A stretch of DNA of 64,000 bases from an uncultured Verrucomicrobiae bacterium (GCA_963706955.1 CAVPOC010000006.1:64001-128000); one strand, 5' to 3'; positions 18,873 to 29,915 are shown, numbered from the stretch's first letter. Notes: a model not told the origin generated them from the letters alone. Made by a program: numbers and translations.

Positions 18873-20714
18873 TTATCTCGCGCGGTTCAATTCCGTTTCT
18901 CCGATGGCGACTTCCAGGACATCGATGCGGCCCTTGAGGAGATAGGTCTGCTGCTGACCGCGGCCCTTAATATCGACATTACCGCGCGCTTCGAAGAGAT
19001 ACTTCTGCCGCATCCGTTGATAGACGGTGTCGGTGACTTGAATCTCACCAGTAACGCCGTGGCTTTCCATACGACTGGCAAGGTTCACGGTGTCCCCCCA
19101 AAGATCATAGATGAATTTTTTGATTCCAATGACACCGGCGACGACTGGACCGGTATTAATGCCGATGCGCATGGTAAAAGGCATTTCCGCGCCGCGACTC
19201 AGCCGCGAACAAACTTCCAGCATCGCGAGAGCCATCTCGACGACCGCTTCGGTGTGATCCAGCCGCGGAGTGGGCACTCCGCCGACAACCATGTAGGCAT
19301 CGCCGATCGTCTTGATTTTTTCCAATCCGAGATCGTGTGCGAGCTGATCGAATTCTGAAAAGATGACGTTGAGATAACTGACCACCGCCTCGGGCGCGAT
19401 ATTGGCGGAGAGCCGAGTGAAATCCACGATGTCTGCGAAGAGGACGGTCGCTTCGGTATAGTGGTCGGCGATCAGTCCTTCCCCCCGCCGTAATCGCTGC
19501 GCGACCGTAACCGGAAGGATATTGAGCAGCAGTTGTTCGGCGCGCTCTCGCTCCCGATCGGCTTCGTCCTCTGCTCGCCGGCGTTCGGCCGCCTCGAAGG
19601 TGACCGCGATCATGTTGCCGACCGAGGCTGCGAAGGCGAGTTCATCATCCTTCCAGACGCGCGGTTCACCGACATGCTCGAGACAAAGCACGCCGGCAAG
19701 CTGACCCTTGATGAAGGTAGGGACATCAAGCATTGCAGTGATGCCCCGCGGCTTTAGATACGTTTCCGTGAACTCGCTGGTGCGCGGGTCGACAACGGCG
19801 TCATGTGCGACGATATAAGTTTCGGAACGGAGCGCTGCGAAATAGCGCGGAAAATTGCCGCCTTTCAGGATTAACTCATCGGTAAAGTGTGTATGCTTGT
19901 CGAGATCATAAAGGTCGAGCAATGCGATGGCTTCGTTGGCAGTGTCCTTGTCAACGATGCGCCATGCGCTCGTGCGAGCGACCCCAAGGGTGCGACTGGT
20001 CGTCTCGAGAAGCAAGCTTAAGGCAGCCCCGAAGTCGCTCTTGTCGAACTGAGCAAGATCGAGCAGGCAGCGTTGGTGGCGGAGCTCACGTTGTGTCCGT
20101 TCCTCGCGCTCAATCTCGCTGCGTTTGCGCTCGGTGATGTTCTCCACAGTCCCTTCGAAGTAGATGACGCGCCCATGTTCATCGCGAACCGCATGGGCAT
20201 TTTCACTGATCCAAATGAGGCTTCCATTGTTTCGCCGCACTTGGGACTCGAAGTCGGAGACTTCGCCCTTGGTTTGCATTTCTTGAAGGAACTCTTCGCG
20301 CCGGTTTGGTTCGACATAGATCTGAGTGCCGATGCTCGTCACTGCGCGAATGAGGTCCGCCGGCTGCGCGTAGCCGTAGAGGCGAGCGAGGGCCGGATTA
20401 GCTGAGAGGTAGCGTCCGTCGGGCGCGGTCTGAAAAATTCCTTCGCCGGCGTTTTCAAAGATGCTCCGGTATTTGTCTTCCGCCGCACGAGCCGCGGCCA
20501 GCAACTCGTCGGCGCGTTGAGCCGCGGCACGCAACTCCCGAGCCGATGTGGCAAGTCGCCGATTGATGAACGTGAAAATGAGGACCAGCAGAAGCAGGCC
20601 AACGATGTAAAGATCGTGTGCCTCGACCTTCACCCAGTGGCGAAGAACAAGATACCCGAGAACCGCCGCCAGAATGAATCCTGCGGTGAGCACTGTCCAA
20701 TTCGTGCGCTTCAT
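18873..20714 (-). CDS. class III adenylate cyclase with 2 TM, PAS and GAF domains
   Basis: YRSIFENA.EGIFQ PAS; GAF (AMLDVP...GVLCLEH); TVLFADIVDFT, KIKTIGDAYM, YDLWGDTVNLASRMES with the Lys/Asp pair typical of ATP specificity. Confidence 0.92.
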   Translation of the reverse strand: MKRTNWTVLTAGFILAAVLGYLVLRHWVKVEAHDLYIVGLLLLVLIFTFINRRLATSARELRAAAQRADELLAAARAAEDKYRSIFENAGEGIFQTAPDGRYLSANPALARLYGYAQPADLIRAVTSIGTQIYVEPNRREEFLQEMQTKGEVSDFESQVRRNNGSLIWISENAHAVRDEHGRVIYFEGTVENITERKRSEIEREERTQRELRHQRCLLDLAQFDKSDFGAALSLLLETTSRTLGVARTSAWRIVDKDTANEAIALLDLYDLDKHTHFTDELILKGGNFPRYFAALRSETYIVAHDAVVDPRTSEFTETYLKPRGITAMLDVPTFIKGQLAGVLCLEHVGEPRVWKDDELAFAASVGNMIAVTFEAAERRRAEDEADRERERAEQLLLNILPVTVAQRLRRGEGLIADHYTEATVLFADIVDFTRLSANIAPEAVVSYLNVIFSEFDQLAHDLGLEKIKTIGDAYMVVGGVPTPRLDHTEAVVEMALAMLEVCSRLSRGAEMPFTMRIGINTGPVVAGVIGIKKFIYDLWGDTVNLASRMESHGVTGEIQVTDTVYQRMRQKYLFEARGNVDIKGRGQQQTYLLKGRIDVLEVAIGETELNRAR

Positions 20715-21032
20715 CGACGGAAAGGATTCAGAGGATTGCGCCGAGCGGAAGCATGAATCGCGGCGGATTTGGGATTTCTTCTGGATTCAGGGCGGCTCCT
20801 GCGAGGGCTTTAGAAAAATGGTGATCCTGGCAGCAAGTTTGTCGTCGTCCAATTGGACATCCTGGGCTGTTGCGGCGCTTCCTGCGCGTTTGAAGATGGA
20901 AAGAGAAGGAGGCATGATGCGACGCAGCTTCACGAATGGCAGTTTCTAACGGAAATTACTTAGGTCGCGTTGATCAAACAAAATCAAGGAGATTTCACAT
21001 GGAGAGTTGATCCCGGCAGCCGGGGTTCGACC

Positions 21033-22157
21033 TCAGCGGATGAGGTGCGGCCAAGGTTGGAAAAAGTAAAACCAGAGGGCCAGCATGCCCCACAAAGCGA
21101 GCAATTGCGCCCCTTCGAGCCAGCTGGTGACGCCGTCGATGGCCATGTAGGCAGCGAGGGCCACCGCGATCGCCAGGGAGATCACTTCCGATACTCCAAA
21201 AGACAGCGTCAAGGGCGTCGGGCCAAGTGCGCTCAGAAAAACAAGCAAGGGAGCGACAAAGAGCGAGACTTGAAGTGCTCCGTTCATTGGAATCGAAATG
21301 GCAAGATTCACTCGATTATGGCGGGCCATGCGAACACACACCACCAACTCGGAAACCGCTCCGGCGACCGGAAGAATGACTACTCCGACAAAGAGGTAAG
21401 TCACTCCCAGTGAGCTGCCGAAAGGGCCGACAAATTCGCTAATGATCTCGCCAAGCACAGCGATGGCCAGGGTTGCCGCAATCAGGATTGCGATGGCGCC
21501 GCGGAGACTCCATCCAGGTTGTTCCGGGTCACGGATCGCGGACGGCTTTTGCGTCAACTCTTCGCCTTCTGGAGCGCGCAGCTGATAGACAACCGTCAGC
21601 ACATATAAGAGGAAGAGGATGAGAGCCACCGCTTGACTGATCTTGTCGACGGCCTCGGTTTGAAACCCGGGATCATAGATCCGATCCTCCTGTCGTTGGG
21701 TGATCGCCGAGAAGAAGGTCGGTACCATGAGACCGACCACCGCCAGGATCATTGTGGTGGTCGCCATGCCAACGCTCTGCTGGTCGAAGCGTTGCATACC
21801 GTTGCGAATTCCTCCAAAGAGAATGGCGGCGCCGAGCGTGAGAAGAAGACTGATGAGAATTGATCCGACGATGGAGGCTTTCAACAGGTCAGTGTGACCG
21901 GCACGTAGCAATGCATACATGATAATGAACTCGGTCAGGGTTCCAAAAGTCGCGTTGAGCAGGCCTCCGATTCTCGGTCCGGTGCGGAGGGCAAGGATCT
22001 CCGTCGACTCTGCCAGAAGATGAGCCAGGGGAATTAGCGCCACAAACGCGACCACAAAGACGAGGAGCGGGTTGACGTGAAGCGCCGCCGCCATGATGGC
22101 GATCGGGACCAGTAGCAGCGGGCTGCCAGCAAGCAGAGTGGAATGTCGCGCCTTCAT
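21033..22157 (-). CDS. Ca2+/H+ antiporter (CaCA/CAX family)
   Basis: GGLLNATFG..TE, ASIVGSIL, PVAGAVSE, ALQVSLFVAP, DG.TSWLEG. Confidence 0.88.
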   Translation of the reverse strand: MKARHSTLLAGSPLLLVPIAIMAAALHVNPLLVFVVAFVALIPLAHLLAESTEILALRTGPRIGGLLNATFGTLTEFIIMYALLRAGHTDLLKASIVGSILISLLLTLGAAILFGGIRNGMQRFDQQSVGMATTTMILAVVGLMVPTFFSAITQRQEDRIYDPGFQTEAVDKISQAVALILFLLYVLTVVYQLRAPEGEELTQKPSAIRDPEQPGWSLRGAIAILIAATLAIAVLGEIISEFVGPFGSSLGVTYLFVGVVILPVAGAVSELVVCVRMARHNRVNLAISIPMNGALQVSLFVAPLLVFLSALGPTPLTLSFGVSEVISLAIAVALAAYMAIDGVTSWLEGAQLLALWGMLALWFYFFQPWPHLIR

Positions 22158-22251
22158 TAACTAGGCGCCACAAGTTGCGCTGCGCACGGTTCTTGGCCTC
22201 TGTCCAAATGCCATCATGATTGCAGCCTGAACCCTGACCTGAGTTTCGGTA

Positions 22252-23004
22252 TCAAACTGCACCGGTGGGCTGCGTCGGTTGACGGCTCTCGAGCAAATTG
22301 GCGAGATCCATTCCAAGAAGACTGCCAATGCGATCGACGGTGACATCCGCTGGCGGATAAGAAGCGATGACTTGCGGATTGAAAGCGAACTGCCCTTGTC
22401 TTGGGAATACTGTCGTAACGCGATCGCCCCAAAATTTCTTGATGGCCGTCAGGATGCGGAGCTTGTCGTCCACCATGACGTAGTGCTCAGCCGGGTAGCG
22501 TCGCACCACATCCTCGAGCGATTCCTCTTTGTGGATGTAGATGAGCACATGACCGTCCACCGCCTCAAAGATGCCGGAGCGTTCCACTTTGCGAGGTTGG
22601 AAGACAACATCGCCGTCGGAGAGAATCACAGTTTGTCCCCAGTGTCGGAATTGCTCCAGCACGTCCAGCGCTTCCGGGTAGAGGCGATTGGCGAAGGGAT
22701 AATCAACCAAAAACGTGGCCGCTGTCACGAGATGCGGCTCGTAGGGATTCTCCACGCGAAAGCGTTGGAGCGCGCCGAGGTAGTCGCGATAGCCTAATTC
22801 TTGGAACAGTTTTTCCTGGATCGCCCAGAAGCGATCTCGATATTCACGGCCAAATTTTCGTTCGATATGGCGTTTGAGATCCTCTTGAATGCGGTCGTTG
22901 TTGAGCAAGGTGTTGTCCACGTCGACCAGGAAAACCACTGGGGCATCAGCTTTCATCTCTTGGTTACCTGAAGTGAGTTTTCTTGGCTGCTCGGTCGAGG
23001 CCAT
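22252..23004 (-). CDS. HAD-superfamily hydrolase
   Basis: FLVDVDNTLL motif I, ILSDGD...QPRK, MVDDK motif IV; start may be 22956. Confidence 0.85.
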   Translation of the reverse strand: MASTEQPRKLTSGNQEMKADAPVVFLVDVDNTLLNNDRIQEDLKRHIERKFGREYRDRFWAIQEKLFQELGYRDYLGALQRFRVENPYEPHLVTAATFLVDYPFANRLYPEALDVLEQFRHWGQTVILSDGDVVFQPRKVERSGIFEAVDGHVLIYIHKEESLEDVVRRYPAEHYVMVDDKLRILTAIKKFWGDRVTTVFPRQGQFAFNPQVIASYPPADVTVDRIGSLLGMDLANLLESRQPTQPTGAV

Positions 23005-23035
23005 TTTCGAGAGGGGATCCAGAAGGCATTTTTTG

Positions 23036-23794
23036 TCACGGTTTCGCTTTGGACCTCTGTGGGGACTCGTTGTGCCGATCGTCGAGCACGAGCATCACTA
23101 GCCTTCCATCGGTCTGCCATGGATCGCCGCCGCCGTTGCGGCCTTCGAGCTCTTTATGAAAATGATTCTCCCAATACTCCTCTTGAACCAAATTCTCTCT
23201 GGCGAGTTGTTGCGCGATACGATCGCGCTCGGCGTCGACATCAGGTCCGATGTGATGAGTTACCTCTCCGGTGGTATGGCTGAGGCCAACGCTTCGATCG
23301 AAGGTCGCCGCGCCGAACCAGAGAGGGCGGTCATCTTCTCTTTCGGCCGAGCGCCAGAATCTGACATGGTGCCGTTGTCGCGGGCTGTTTCCGACGGGCT
23401 GCTCGAAGGCCAGGTCCTGCTTTCGACCAAACAGATAGAGACTACTTACCGGAGCCTCGTCGTCAGGGCGCCGCAAAACGGAATCAACCACGATGCGAAG
23501 GCTGCTCTCGAAGGTGATTGGATTGGCTGGGTACCACCCGGCAGCCACCATGGCGCGAACCAGTTCTTCCTCGGTGGCGAGCATGGCGATGTTTAGAGGA
23601 TCGCCCGGATGGCCGTCCGCCGTATGTGTAATTCGGTCAACATTGGCCAAGGAGGGATGATGCCGAAAATAGAGCTTCCAGACTAGAGGAGCGAGGAGGT
23701 ACGCCGCCATAGCCCAGGCGATCAGGAGACAGAGAGCGATCCAAAAATACCCAGATCGGCTGCGCCTGCGACGCGTCTCGTCTCGCGGGTTCAT
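23036..23794 (-). CDS. LssY C-terminal domain membrane protein
   Basis: TADGHPGDPLN, APVSSLYLFGRKQDLAFE, RHHVRFW, ATFDRSVG...TGEVTHHI, TDG; start at ATG 23794. Confidence 0.82.
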   Translation of the reverse strand: MNPRDETRRRRSRSGYFWIALCLLIAWAMAAYLLAPLVWKLYFRHHPSLANVDRITHTADGHPGDPLNIAMLATEEELVRAMVAAGWYPANPITFESSLRIVVDSVLRRPDDEAPVSSLYLFGRKQDLAFEQPVGNSPRQRHHVRFWRSAEREDDRPLWFGAATFDRSVGLSHTTGEVTHHIGPDVDAERDRIAQQLARENLVQEEYWENHFHKELEGRNGGGDPWQTDGRLVMLVLDDRHNESPQRSKAKP

Positions 23795-23912
23795 TCCGAT
23801 CTCGAGCCTCATTAGCAACTGAGAAGCAACTGCATGCTCGCCGTCGAGGGCATGTTCTGGGATTGTCTTTCCCCTCATCAAAAAGGAAAATCTCCGCCGA
23901 GACGATACAATT

Positions 23913-24962
23913 ATGACAGTGTCAAAATCCCCCGAAATATTTATTCCGGCAAACGATGGCGTGGACCCGAAACGGGTTCCGCAGAAAGTTCTGCCTACTG
24001 GCGCAAAGATACCGGCCATCGGCCTGGGGACATTTGGATCCGACAGAATATCCGGTCCGCAAGTTGCTGAGGCAGTCTTGGAGGCCGCGGCCGTGGGCTA
24101 TCGGCATTTCGATTGCGCGGCCGTTTACGGCAACGAGGAGCTCCTCGGCCATTCGTTACGTAGAATCATTGCCGGCGGGATTCCACGCGAGGAGCTCTGG
24201 GTCACCTCTAAGTTGTGGAATGACAAACATGATGAGAATGACGTGATTCCGGCGTTCGAGAAATCTCTCGCCGACCTCCAACTTGACTATCTCGATCTCT
24301 ACTTGATCCATTGGCCATTCCCCAACTACCACCCCCCGGGGTGCGACGTCAGTTCGCGGAGTCCGAATGCGCAGCCGTACATTCATGAGAATTACATGAA
24401 AACGTGGCGCAAACTGGAGCACTTAGTCGAAGCTGACTTGGTGAGACATATTGGAACCTCAAATATGACCATACCAAAACTTCGACTCCTCTTGCGCGAT
24501 GCGAGGATCAAACCGGTCTGCAACGAAATGGAATTGCATCCGCATTTTCAACAGCCGGAATTGTTCAATTTCGTTTTGGATAATGGAATGATCCCGATTG
24601 GCTTCAGTCCGATCGGATCCCCAGCGCGTCCGGATCGCGATCGAACCCCGAGCGATACGGTCGACACAGAGGATCCCGTCGTCGTTGAGATCGCCAATCG
24701 GCTGAAAGTTCATCCCGCCGTCGTTTGTGTCAAATGGGCTGTGCAGCGGGGACAGATACCAATTCCGTTCTCAGTCAATCGGCGGAACTACCTTAGCAAT
24801 CTACGTAGTGTCGTCGAGGATCCGCTGACCGATCAAGAGATGGACGCGCTTTCACGAATCGATCGCAATTGTCGCCTGATCAAGGGTGATGTGTTCCTGT
24901 GGAAGGAGAACCAGACGTGGGAGGCCCTTTGGGACGTAGACGGAGAAATTACCCCAGCTTAG
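23913..24962 (+). CDS. aldo/keto reductase
   Basis: IPAIGLGTF, GYRHFDCAAVYGNE, TSKLWN, YLDLYLIHWP, IGTSN, ELHPHFQQ; true start possibly GTG 23919. Confidence 0.93.
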   Translation: MTVSKSPEIFIPANDGVDPKRVPQKVLPTGAKIPAIGLGTFGSDRISGPQVAEAVLEAAAVGYRHFDCAAVYGNEELLGHSLRRIIAGGIPREELWVTSKLWNDKHDENDVIPAFEKSLADLQLDYLDLYLIHWPFPNYHPPGCDVSSRSPNAQPYIHENYMKTWRKLEHLVEADLVRHIGTSNMTIPKLRLLLRDARIKPVCNEMELHPHFQQPELFNFVLDNGMIPIGFSPIGSPARPDRDRTPSDTVDTEDPVVVEIANRLKVHPAVVCVKWAVQRGQIPIPFSVNRRNYLSNLRSVVEDPLTDQEMDALSRIDRNCRLIKGDVFLWKENQTWEALWDVDGEITPA

Positions 24963-25073
24963 CTGGTATTCGCGGAATGCTTCCTAAGAGCTTTTCGTCC
25001 GCTACACCAACCGAAAATTCTGCAACTCGACCGTTGCGGCTACATAATTTCTAATACTGCAGTAGTTCGATTT

Positions 25074-25097
25074 GTAGCGACCGTGTCTTCACGGTCG
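25074..25097 (+). repeat. GTAG-type REP-like palindrome
   Basis: GTAG + CGACCGTG-TCTT-CACGGTCG perfect hairpin; related copy at 35371-35393. Confidence 0.6.
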
Positions 25098-25183
25098 AGG
25101 GCCTGGAGCGACGATGTTTCCATCGTCAGGGAATCTTCGTCGTGGGGAGACCGGCGCGACATCGTCCTTCGCAAGGAGGTTGG

Positions 25184-25798
25184 CTAAAGTTTGCGACCGA
25201 CGTCCTTAATGCCATTGCCGATGTCGTTGAACCATTCTTCGACTTGTTTGGCGCTCCCCTTGATCGCTTCGCCAGTTTTCTTGCCGGCTTTCTGGAGAGT
25301 TTGGATAGAGGCTTGAGCTCCCTGCTTGAGCTTGGTTCCGGACCATTTGGCAGCTCCGTCGAGAGCGGCGCCAGCCTTCTTCAGCGCAGCGCCGGCGTCT
25401 TGGCCGGAGTTCTTGGCCTCTTCAGCGGTTGTGTGCCAGCCGACGGCGAGGGCGTGGTCCACACGAGCAAAGGTCTTCCTTAGGTCGTCTCCGGATTTCA
25501 CAGTGCCGTTCTTTACTTCGCGACCGAGCTTTTCCAAGGAGGCGGCAGCCTTCTCCACATCTCCTTTTGCGCTGGTCGCAACTTCGCTCGATTCATTTCT
25601 TACGTAGGTCGCCGCCTTCCGGATTTCTTGCGAAGCCTTAGCCGTGTCACCCTTCACGAACGATGCATGAGAGGCTGCCATGGTTTTGTCGGGTTCCTCG
25701 GTGAAATCGTCTGGATTTACTTGGGCCAGGGCGAAGGTGGCGCCGGTGATCGAGAGGGCAACAGTCGCAATACTTAGTGGTAAGAGAGTCTTATTCAT
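25184..25798 (-). CDS. secreted alpha-helical hypothetical protein
   Basis: signal peptide MNKTLLPLSIATVAL...ALA then A/K-rich amphipathic helices; start at ATG 25798. Confidence 0.75.
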   Translation of the reverse strand: MNKTLLPLSIATVALSITGATFALAQVNPDDFTEEPDKTMAASHASFVKGDTAKASQEIRKAATYVRNESSEVATSAKGDVEKAAASLEKLGREVKNGTVKSGDDLRKTFARVDHALAVGWHTTAEEAKNSGQDAGAALKKAGAALDGAAKWSGTKLKQGAQASIQTLQKAGKKTGEAIKGSAKQVEEWFNDIGNGIKDVGRKL

Positions 25799-25892
25799 TT
25801 GATGTAACCGAGGCAGGTGTGCGAACGAATACACGCCTATTGGCTTGCGATTCAAGCTTCGAGATTATACGCGCGGAAATCCGATCTTCCGC

Positions 25893-28800
25893 TTACCCGC
25901 CCAGCGCGGTGAGCCGCTCCTGGGCTTTGGAGGCAAACTCGCTGTTCGGGTATTCTTTGAGCAACTGCTGGTAAGAGGCTTTGGCCTTTCCTAATTGCTG
26001 CTCTTTGAACTTGGTGTCCTTGGATCCGTTGGCCTGCTGTTCGAGCAATTGAGCACCCATCCAGAGGCCTTCAGAGGCCGCCGTTGGCACGCCCCCGTAG
26101 AACTGGGCAATCTTGATAAAATAATCGATGGCAGCGCCGAGAAATTCATCCTTCTGTGTTTGGTCAGCAGCTATCTTCGCTTTTTCAGCCATGATCGCGC
26201 CACCAAGCAGCATCGCCTTGGCGCGAACTTGCGCCGTCGCAGTTGGCGCGCGGATGAGGCCGGTCAGCAGCGTGACCGCCTCATCGAGCTTACCTTGTTC
26301 CTTGAGCGACTGAGCGATTCCATAATCGGCCTCGAGGACTTTGGGCGACCACGGATAGAGCGCCTTTAATTCCTGAAACAGCTGGCCGGCAGGTCCCGTT
26401 TGGCCTCCTTCCTGGGCGACCCGCGCACGTCCGAAAAGGGCGATCGCTTGAGCCTCCTGGACCAGTTGCGAAGCCTGATTCGGCGACACATTTTGGGGCA
26501 CCGGATAGTCCTTCGCGAGTTTCTCGAAGACCGCGGCGGCTTCGTCGAGTTTCTTCTCTTTAATCAAGGCCAGCCCGTAAAAATCCAGGTCCCTCGGAGA
26601 ATAGACAATCTCCGTGCGATAGGCCTCGTTCGTGATAAGGAGAGCTTTGCCTTCATCCTGTTCCGAAACATAGGTGGCCAATGCAAAGAGGATCCTGCTG
26701 CGCGCGCTTGGACTAGTGGTGGAGTCTGCCAGAGATTTGAAGTACTCTTCGACTTGAGACCCTGTTTTTAGCTCGGCCCCCAAGAGCATGCGTTGGGACT
26801 GCAAGAGGGTTTGCAGCGCCAGGGCGAGTGAGACGCTTTCCGGATACTTCTTTGCGGCTTCCTCCGCAGAGGCGATGCTACTGTCGAGGAGGGTTTTCCA
26901 CTGAGAGCGTTCCTGCTCAGCCAGCGCGCTGTAGCGTCCCAGGGAATCGGCCTTGGCGCGTTGGAGTTCGGCGATTTTGAAGAGCGCGTCACCGGCCTGT
27001 GGACTGTCGGGATAGCGCTCGATGAATTCGCGATAAGTTCCGACCGCGTCCTCTGTCTTCCCGGAATTGACGGCTGTCTGGGCGATCGATTCATAAGCGA
27101 AGTAAACTTTGTCATTCGTAGGATACTTTTCGATAAACTCCCTCATGAGGGCCACGACGTCGTTGGCTTTGCCTTCGCTCGCGCGCAGTTGTGCCCGCAT
27201 GAAATACGTGAACGGTGCCGGTTGACTCTCCGGGAACTGCTCGGCTACCGAGGCGAGCGCGGCGATGCCTTCGTCTTTGTTTCCGAGGGCGATGAGCGCG
27301 CCACCTTTGGCATAGAGTGCAAGCGGAGCTAGTGCGTGCTGGGGGTTGGCTTTTGCAAAGGCTTCGAGGATTGGCGCGGCTGCCGCGTTGTCACCCTTCT
27401 GCTGGGTGCAAATACCAATCCAGTAGTCAGCCTCGATAGCCTGAGGAGTTCCCGGATACTTGGTCTTGACGATATTGTAAGCGGCAATGGCATCATCCCA
27501 TTTTTGATTGTCCTTGTGAATTCCTGCGACCCCCGCCTGGGCAATGACGGCAACTTCCGCCGGCGGATTTTTGGCAAGATAGTCTTGGAATGTCTTGAGA
27601 GCGTCGGAGAGATTGCCCAAGCGCGCTTCCGCGTTGGCCTTTTGGACAACGGCGAGACCAGTGAACCGTCCTTGAGGGTAGATAGTCAGCGCTTCATTGA
27701 AAAAGCGGAGTGCCTCCGGAGCGTTGTTCAGAGTGAGATACATGCTGCCCATGGCGACCGGGAGGTTATCCGCAAGCATGTCGCCCTTATACTTTGACTG
27801 AAACTCGTTGTATCCGGCAATGGCCGGATCGGCGGCATTCTGCAAAGCATAGGTCATGGTGGTGAAATAAAGTGCACGCTTCTTATCTTCCTCGCTGACA
27901 AGAAAAGGGACGACATGGCGGAGGACAACGCGGGCTTCGTTGTTTTTGTTTTGTTGGAAATAAATTTCGGCCATTTTCAGCTGGGCTGTGGCCGTTTGGT
28001 CGGGCTTGCCTTGGAGTTCGGCAAACTTCTTAAGCTCGCGCTCGTTGTCACGATCGAGTTGTTTCTTGAGTGAGGCATTATTGGCGCGCAAAGCGGCAGC
28101 TTTCCTGGTGACGAATTCCCGAATCTTGTTTTGCTGCAGGGCGATGATTTCCTCCTTCGGCGCTACCCTTCGGAAAGCGGCCAACGCCTCGGCGTAAAGG
28201 TTTGGGCGCTCCGATTCGGAAGTGTAGGTCGCTTGGTTGAGGAGAATTTCTCCGAGCTGAAAGTTTGCCTCGTTGATGAGGGCGACATCCTCCTTTTTCT
28301 TGATAATTTCGCGAAGATAATCGGTCGCGCGCTTGTAGAGGTCGAAGGCCTTCGTCTTGGCCGCGGGATCTCCGGTCACCAAGAGGGCGCTTCCCTGCGT
28401 CGCGAGTGTGACAGCAAGGAGATGCTTACTCTTGGCAAGAGTGCCGCTTTGCGGGAATTTCTGCAGGTTGAGTTCGAGATCTTTGACGGCATCGTCAAAT
28501 TTTCTCAGCTGATATTCGGCGATGGCACGACCAAAGATGGCGTTCTCAAGGTCTGATGCTTGTGGGTATTTGTTGATGTATTCGGAGAATTTGGCGGTAG
28601 CCTCTTCGAAGGTGCTGTTGCGCTTTGGATCGGCTGCCGGAACAGCGGCAGCTTTCCCCGAGAGGATTTGAGGCACCAGGCCATCAAGTGTCTGCTTGAG
28701 CTCGGCAGACATGGCGGAACCTGACTCGGCCTTTCTCAGAACGTCCAGGGCTTGATCAAACTGACCGAGGAAGTAAAAGCAGGATGCCAGTTGGAGTTGA

Positions 28801-29003
28801 GCCGCCGGAATAATCGGGTCGGTCGGATAGTCCTTAAGCAGCTTCTCATAAATGGCCGCCGCATTCTTGTAATCACCGGCTGAGTAGACCTCGTAGCCGG
28901 CGGCAAAGGCCTCTGCTGCACCCTTCGATTGAGCCTGCGCCCATCCAACCGAGAGGAGCATTATCAGGACCCCGAAGAGTAGGGACGATTTCAGCCAATT
29001 CAT
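25893..29003 (-). CDS. large exported tetratricopeptide-repeat protein
   Basis: signal peptide, many TPR units ending in KxYP/FP; start at ATG 29003 (TTG 29018 alternative). Confidence 0.88.
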   Translation of the reverse strand: MNWLKSSLLFGVLIMLLSVGWAQAQSKGAAEAFAAGYEVYSAGDYKNAAAIYEKLLKDYPTDPIIPAAQLQLASCFYFLGQFDQALDVLRKAESGSAMSAELKQTLDGLVPQILSGKAAAVPAADPKRNSTFEEATAKFSEYINKYPQASDLENAIFGRAIAEYQLRKFDDAVKDLELNLQKFPQSGTLAKSKHLLAVTLATQGSALLVTGDPAAKTKAFDLYKRATDYLREIIKKKEDVALINEANFQLGEILLNQATYTSESERPNLYAEALAAFRRVAPKEEIIALQQNKIREFVTRKAAALRANNASLKKQLDRDNERELKKFAELQGKPDQTATAQLKMAEIYFQQNKNNEARVVLRHVVPFLVSEEDKKRALYFTTMTYALQNAADPAIAGYNEFQSKYKGDMLADNLPVAMGSMYLTLNNAPEALRFFNEALTIYPQGRFTGLAVVQKANAEARLGNLSDALKTFQDYLAKNPPAEVAVIAQAGVAGIHKDNQKWDDAIAAYNIVKTKYPGTPQAIEADYWIGICTQQKGDNAAAAPILEAFAKANPQHALAPLALYAKGGALIALGNKDEGIAALASVAEQFPESQPAPFTYFMRAQLRASEGKANDVVALMREFIEKYPTNDKVYFAYESIAQTAVNSGKTEDAVGTYREFIERYPDSPQAGDALFKIAELQRAKADSLGRYSALAEQERSQWKTLLDSSIASAEEAAKKYPESVSLALALQTLLQSQRMLLGAELKTGSQVEEYFKSLADSTTSPSARSRILFALATYVSEQDEGKALLITNEAYRTEIVYSPRDLDFYGLALIKEKKLDEAAAVFEKLAKDYPVPQNVSPNQASQLVQEAQAIALFGRARVAQEGGQTGPAGQLFQELKALYPWSPKVLEADYGIAQSLKEQGKLDEAVTLLTGLIRAPTATAQVRAKAMLLGGAIMAEKAKIAADQTQKDEFLGAAIDYFIKIAQFYGGVPTAASEGLWMGAQLLEQQANGSKDTKFKEQQLGKAKASYQQLLKEYPNSEFASKAQERLTALGG

Positions 29004-29133
29004 GGAATGAGAGAGCAATTACGCTGCTTCACCTCGCAATGCCACAGGAAAAAAGTCGCCCTGCCACAGCTCTCCAGGAGCGCTGGAAAACATGGTAACG
29101 AGCGCGGCCCGCCTGCCAAACTCGTCGGTTGCA

Positions 29134-29844
29134 TCAACCCCGGCGAGGTTCAGGTCCTAGCACCGACTGCAAGGCGTCCAGTGTCACGCTCGGACGCGTC
29201 ACTCGAAAAACTCGGAGGCCAAACGCCTCCGCCCCGGCCCAGTCACGTTCGGGATCGTCCCCCGCATGAATGCACCGTCCGGGTTCCGCATTCATCGATT
29301 CCAGCGCTTTTCGAAAAATGGCGCGATCGGGCTTTTCGCAGCCGAGTTCGCTCGAGATGAAAAGGCTTTCAAACTTTGCCAAGACGCCGAGGTCATCGAG
29401 AACACGGTGCAGCCGTCCGTCGAAATTCGAGATCACGGCCAGGCGAGAGCGTCCCTGCAGTCGGTCGAGGCATCTTCTCGCATCCTCATAGAGGAGCCAG
29501 ATCCCCGGCTGCTCGAAATGCATATAGAGCTCGCTAAACCAAGCTTCGCCATCAATGTTGGAAGCCGCGGGGGATGCGGCTCGCAGCACGTCCAGGGCGA
29601 GTGCTCGCCACCAGGGACGATCGTCGTCGTCTCGCGGACCAGATGAGGGAGGGCGCGCTGGACGCGCTCTCCAGACCTCGCGAAAGGCAGACTCCAGTCG
29701 GGCCTCGTCGACCTCGAGGCCGTATTTTCGCGCGATCAGGGCATAGTGCCACCCGACGGGACGGGCGAGGTGGATCAACGTGCCAGCCGCGTCGAAGAAA
29801 ATGACGTCTGCTTCGCCCTTGACCTTGCCTAGCGCGGCGTCCAT
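29134..29844 (-). CDS. HAD-IA family hydrolase (REG-2-like)
   Basis: FFDAAGTLI, VISNFD, EKPDRAIF, HAGDDPERDWAGA. Confidence 0.88.
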   Translation of the reverse strand: MDAALGKVKGEADVIFFDAAGTLIHLARPVGWHYALIARKYGLEVDEARLESAFREVWRARPARPPSSGPRDDDDRPWWRALALDVLRAASPAASNIDGEAWFSELYMHFEQPGIWLLYEDARRCLDRLQGRSRLAVISNFDGRLHRVLDDLGVLAKFESLFISSELGCEKPDRAIFRKALESMNAEPGRCIHAGDDPERDWAGAEAFGLRVFRVTRPSVTLDALQSVLGPEPRRG

Positions 29845-29870
29845 ATTATTTCACTCCCAACCATGCGAAG

Positions 29871-29895
29871 AAGCGGGTTCCCATCCCGCTTTTTT
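29871..29895 (+). promoter_or_regulatory. terminator-like leader hairpin upstream of nusA (rimP-leader-like)
   Basis: AAGCGGG-ttcccat-CCCGCTT followed by a T run, 20 nt before the nusA ATG. Confidence 0.6.
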
Positions 29896-29915
29896 CATCT
29901 TGGGAAGGACGATTT

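Noticed and set aside
20787..20915. 42-codon minus-strand ORF (MPPSLSIFKR...) between cax and the cyclase
   Set aside because: No motif, SD or homology evidence.
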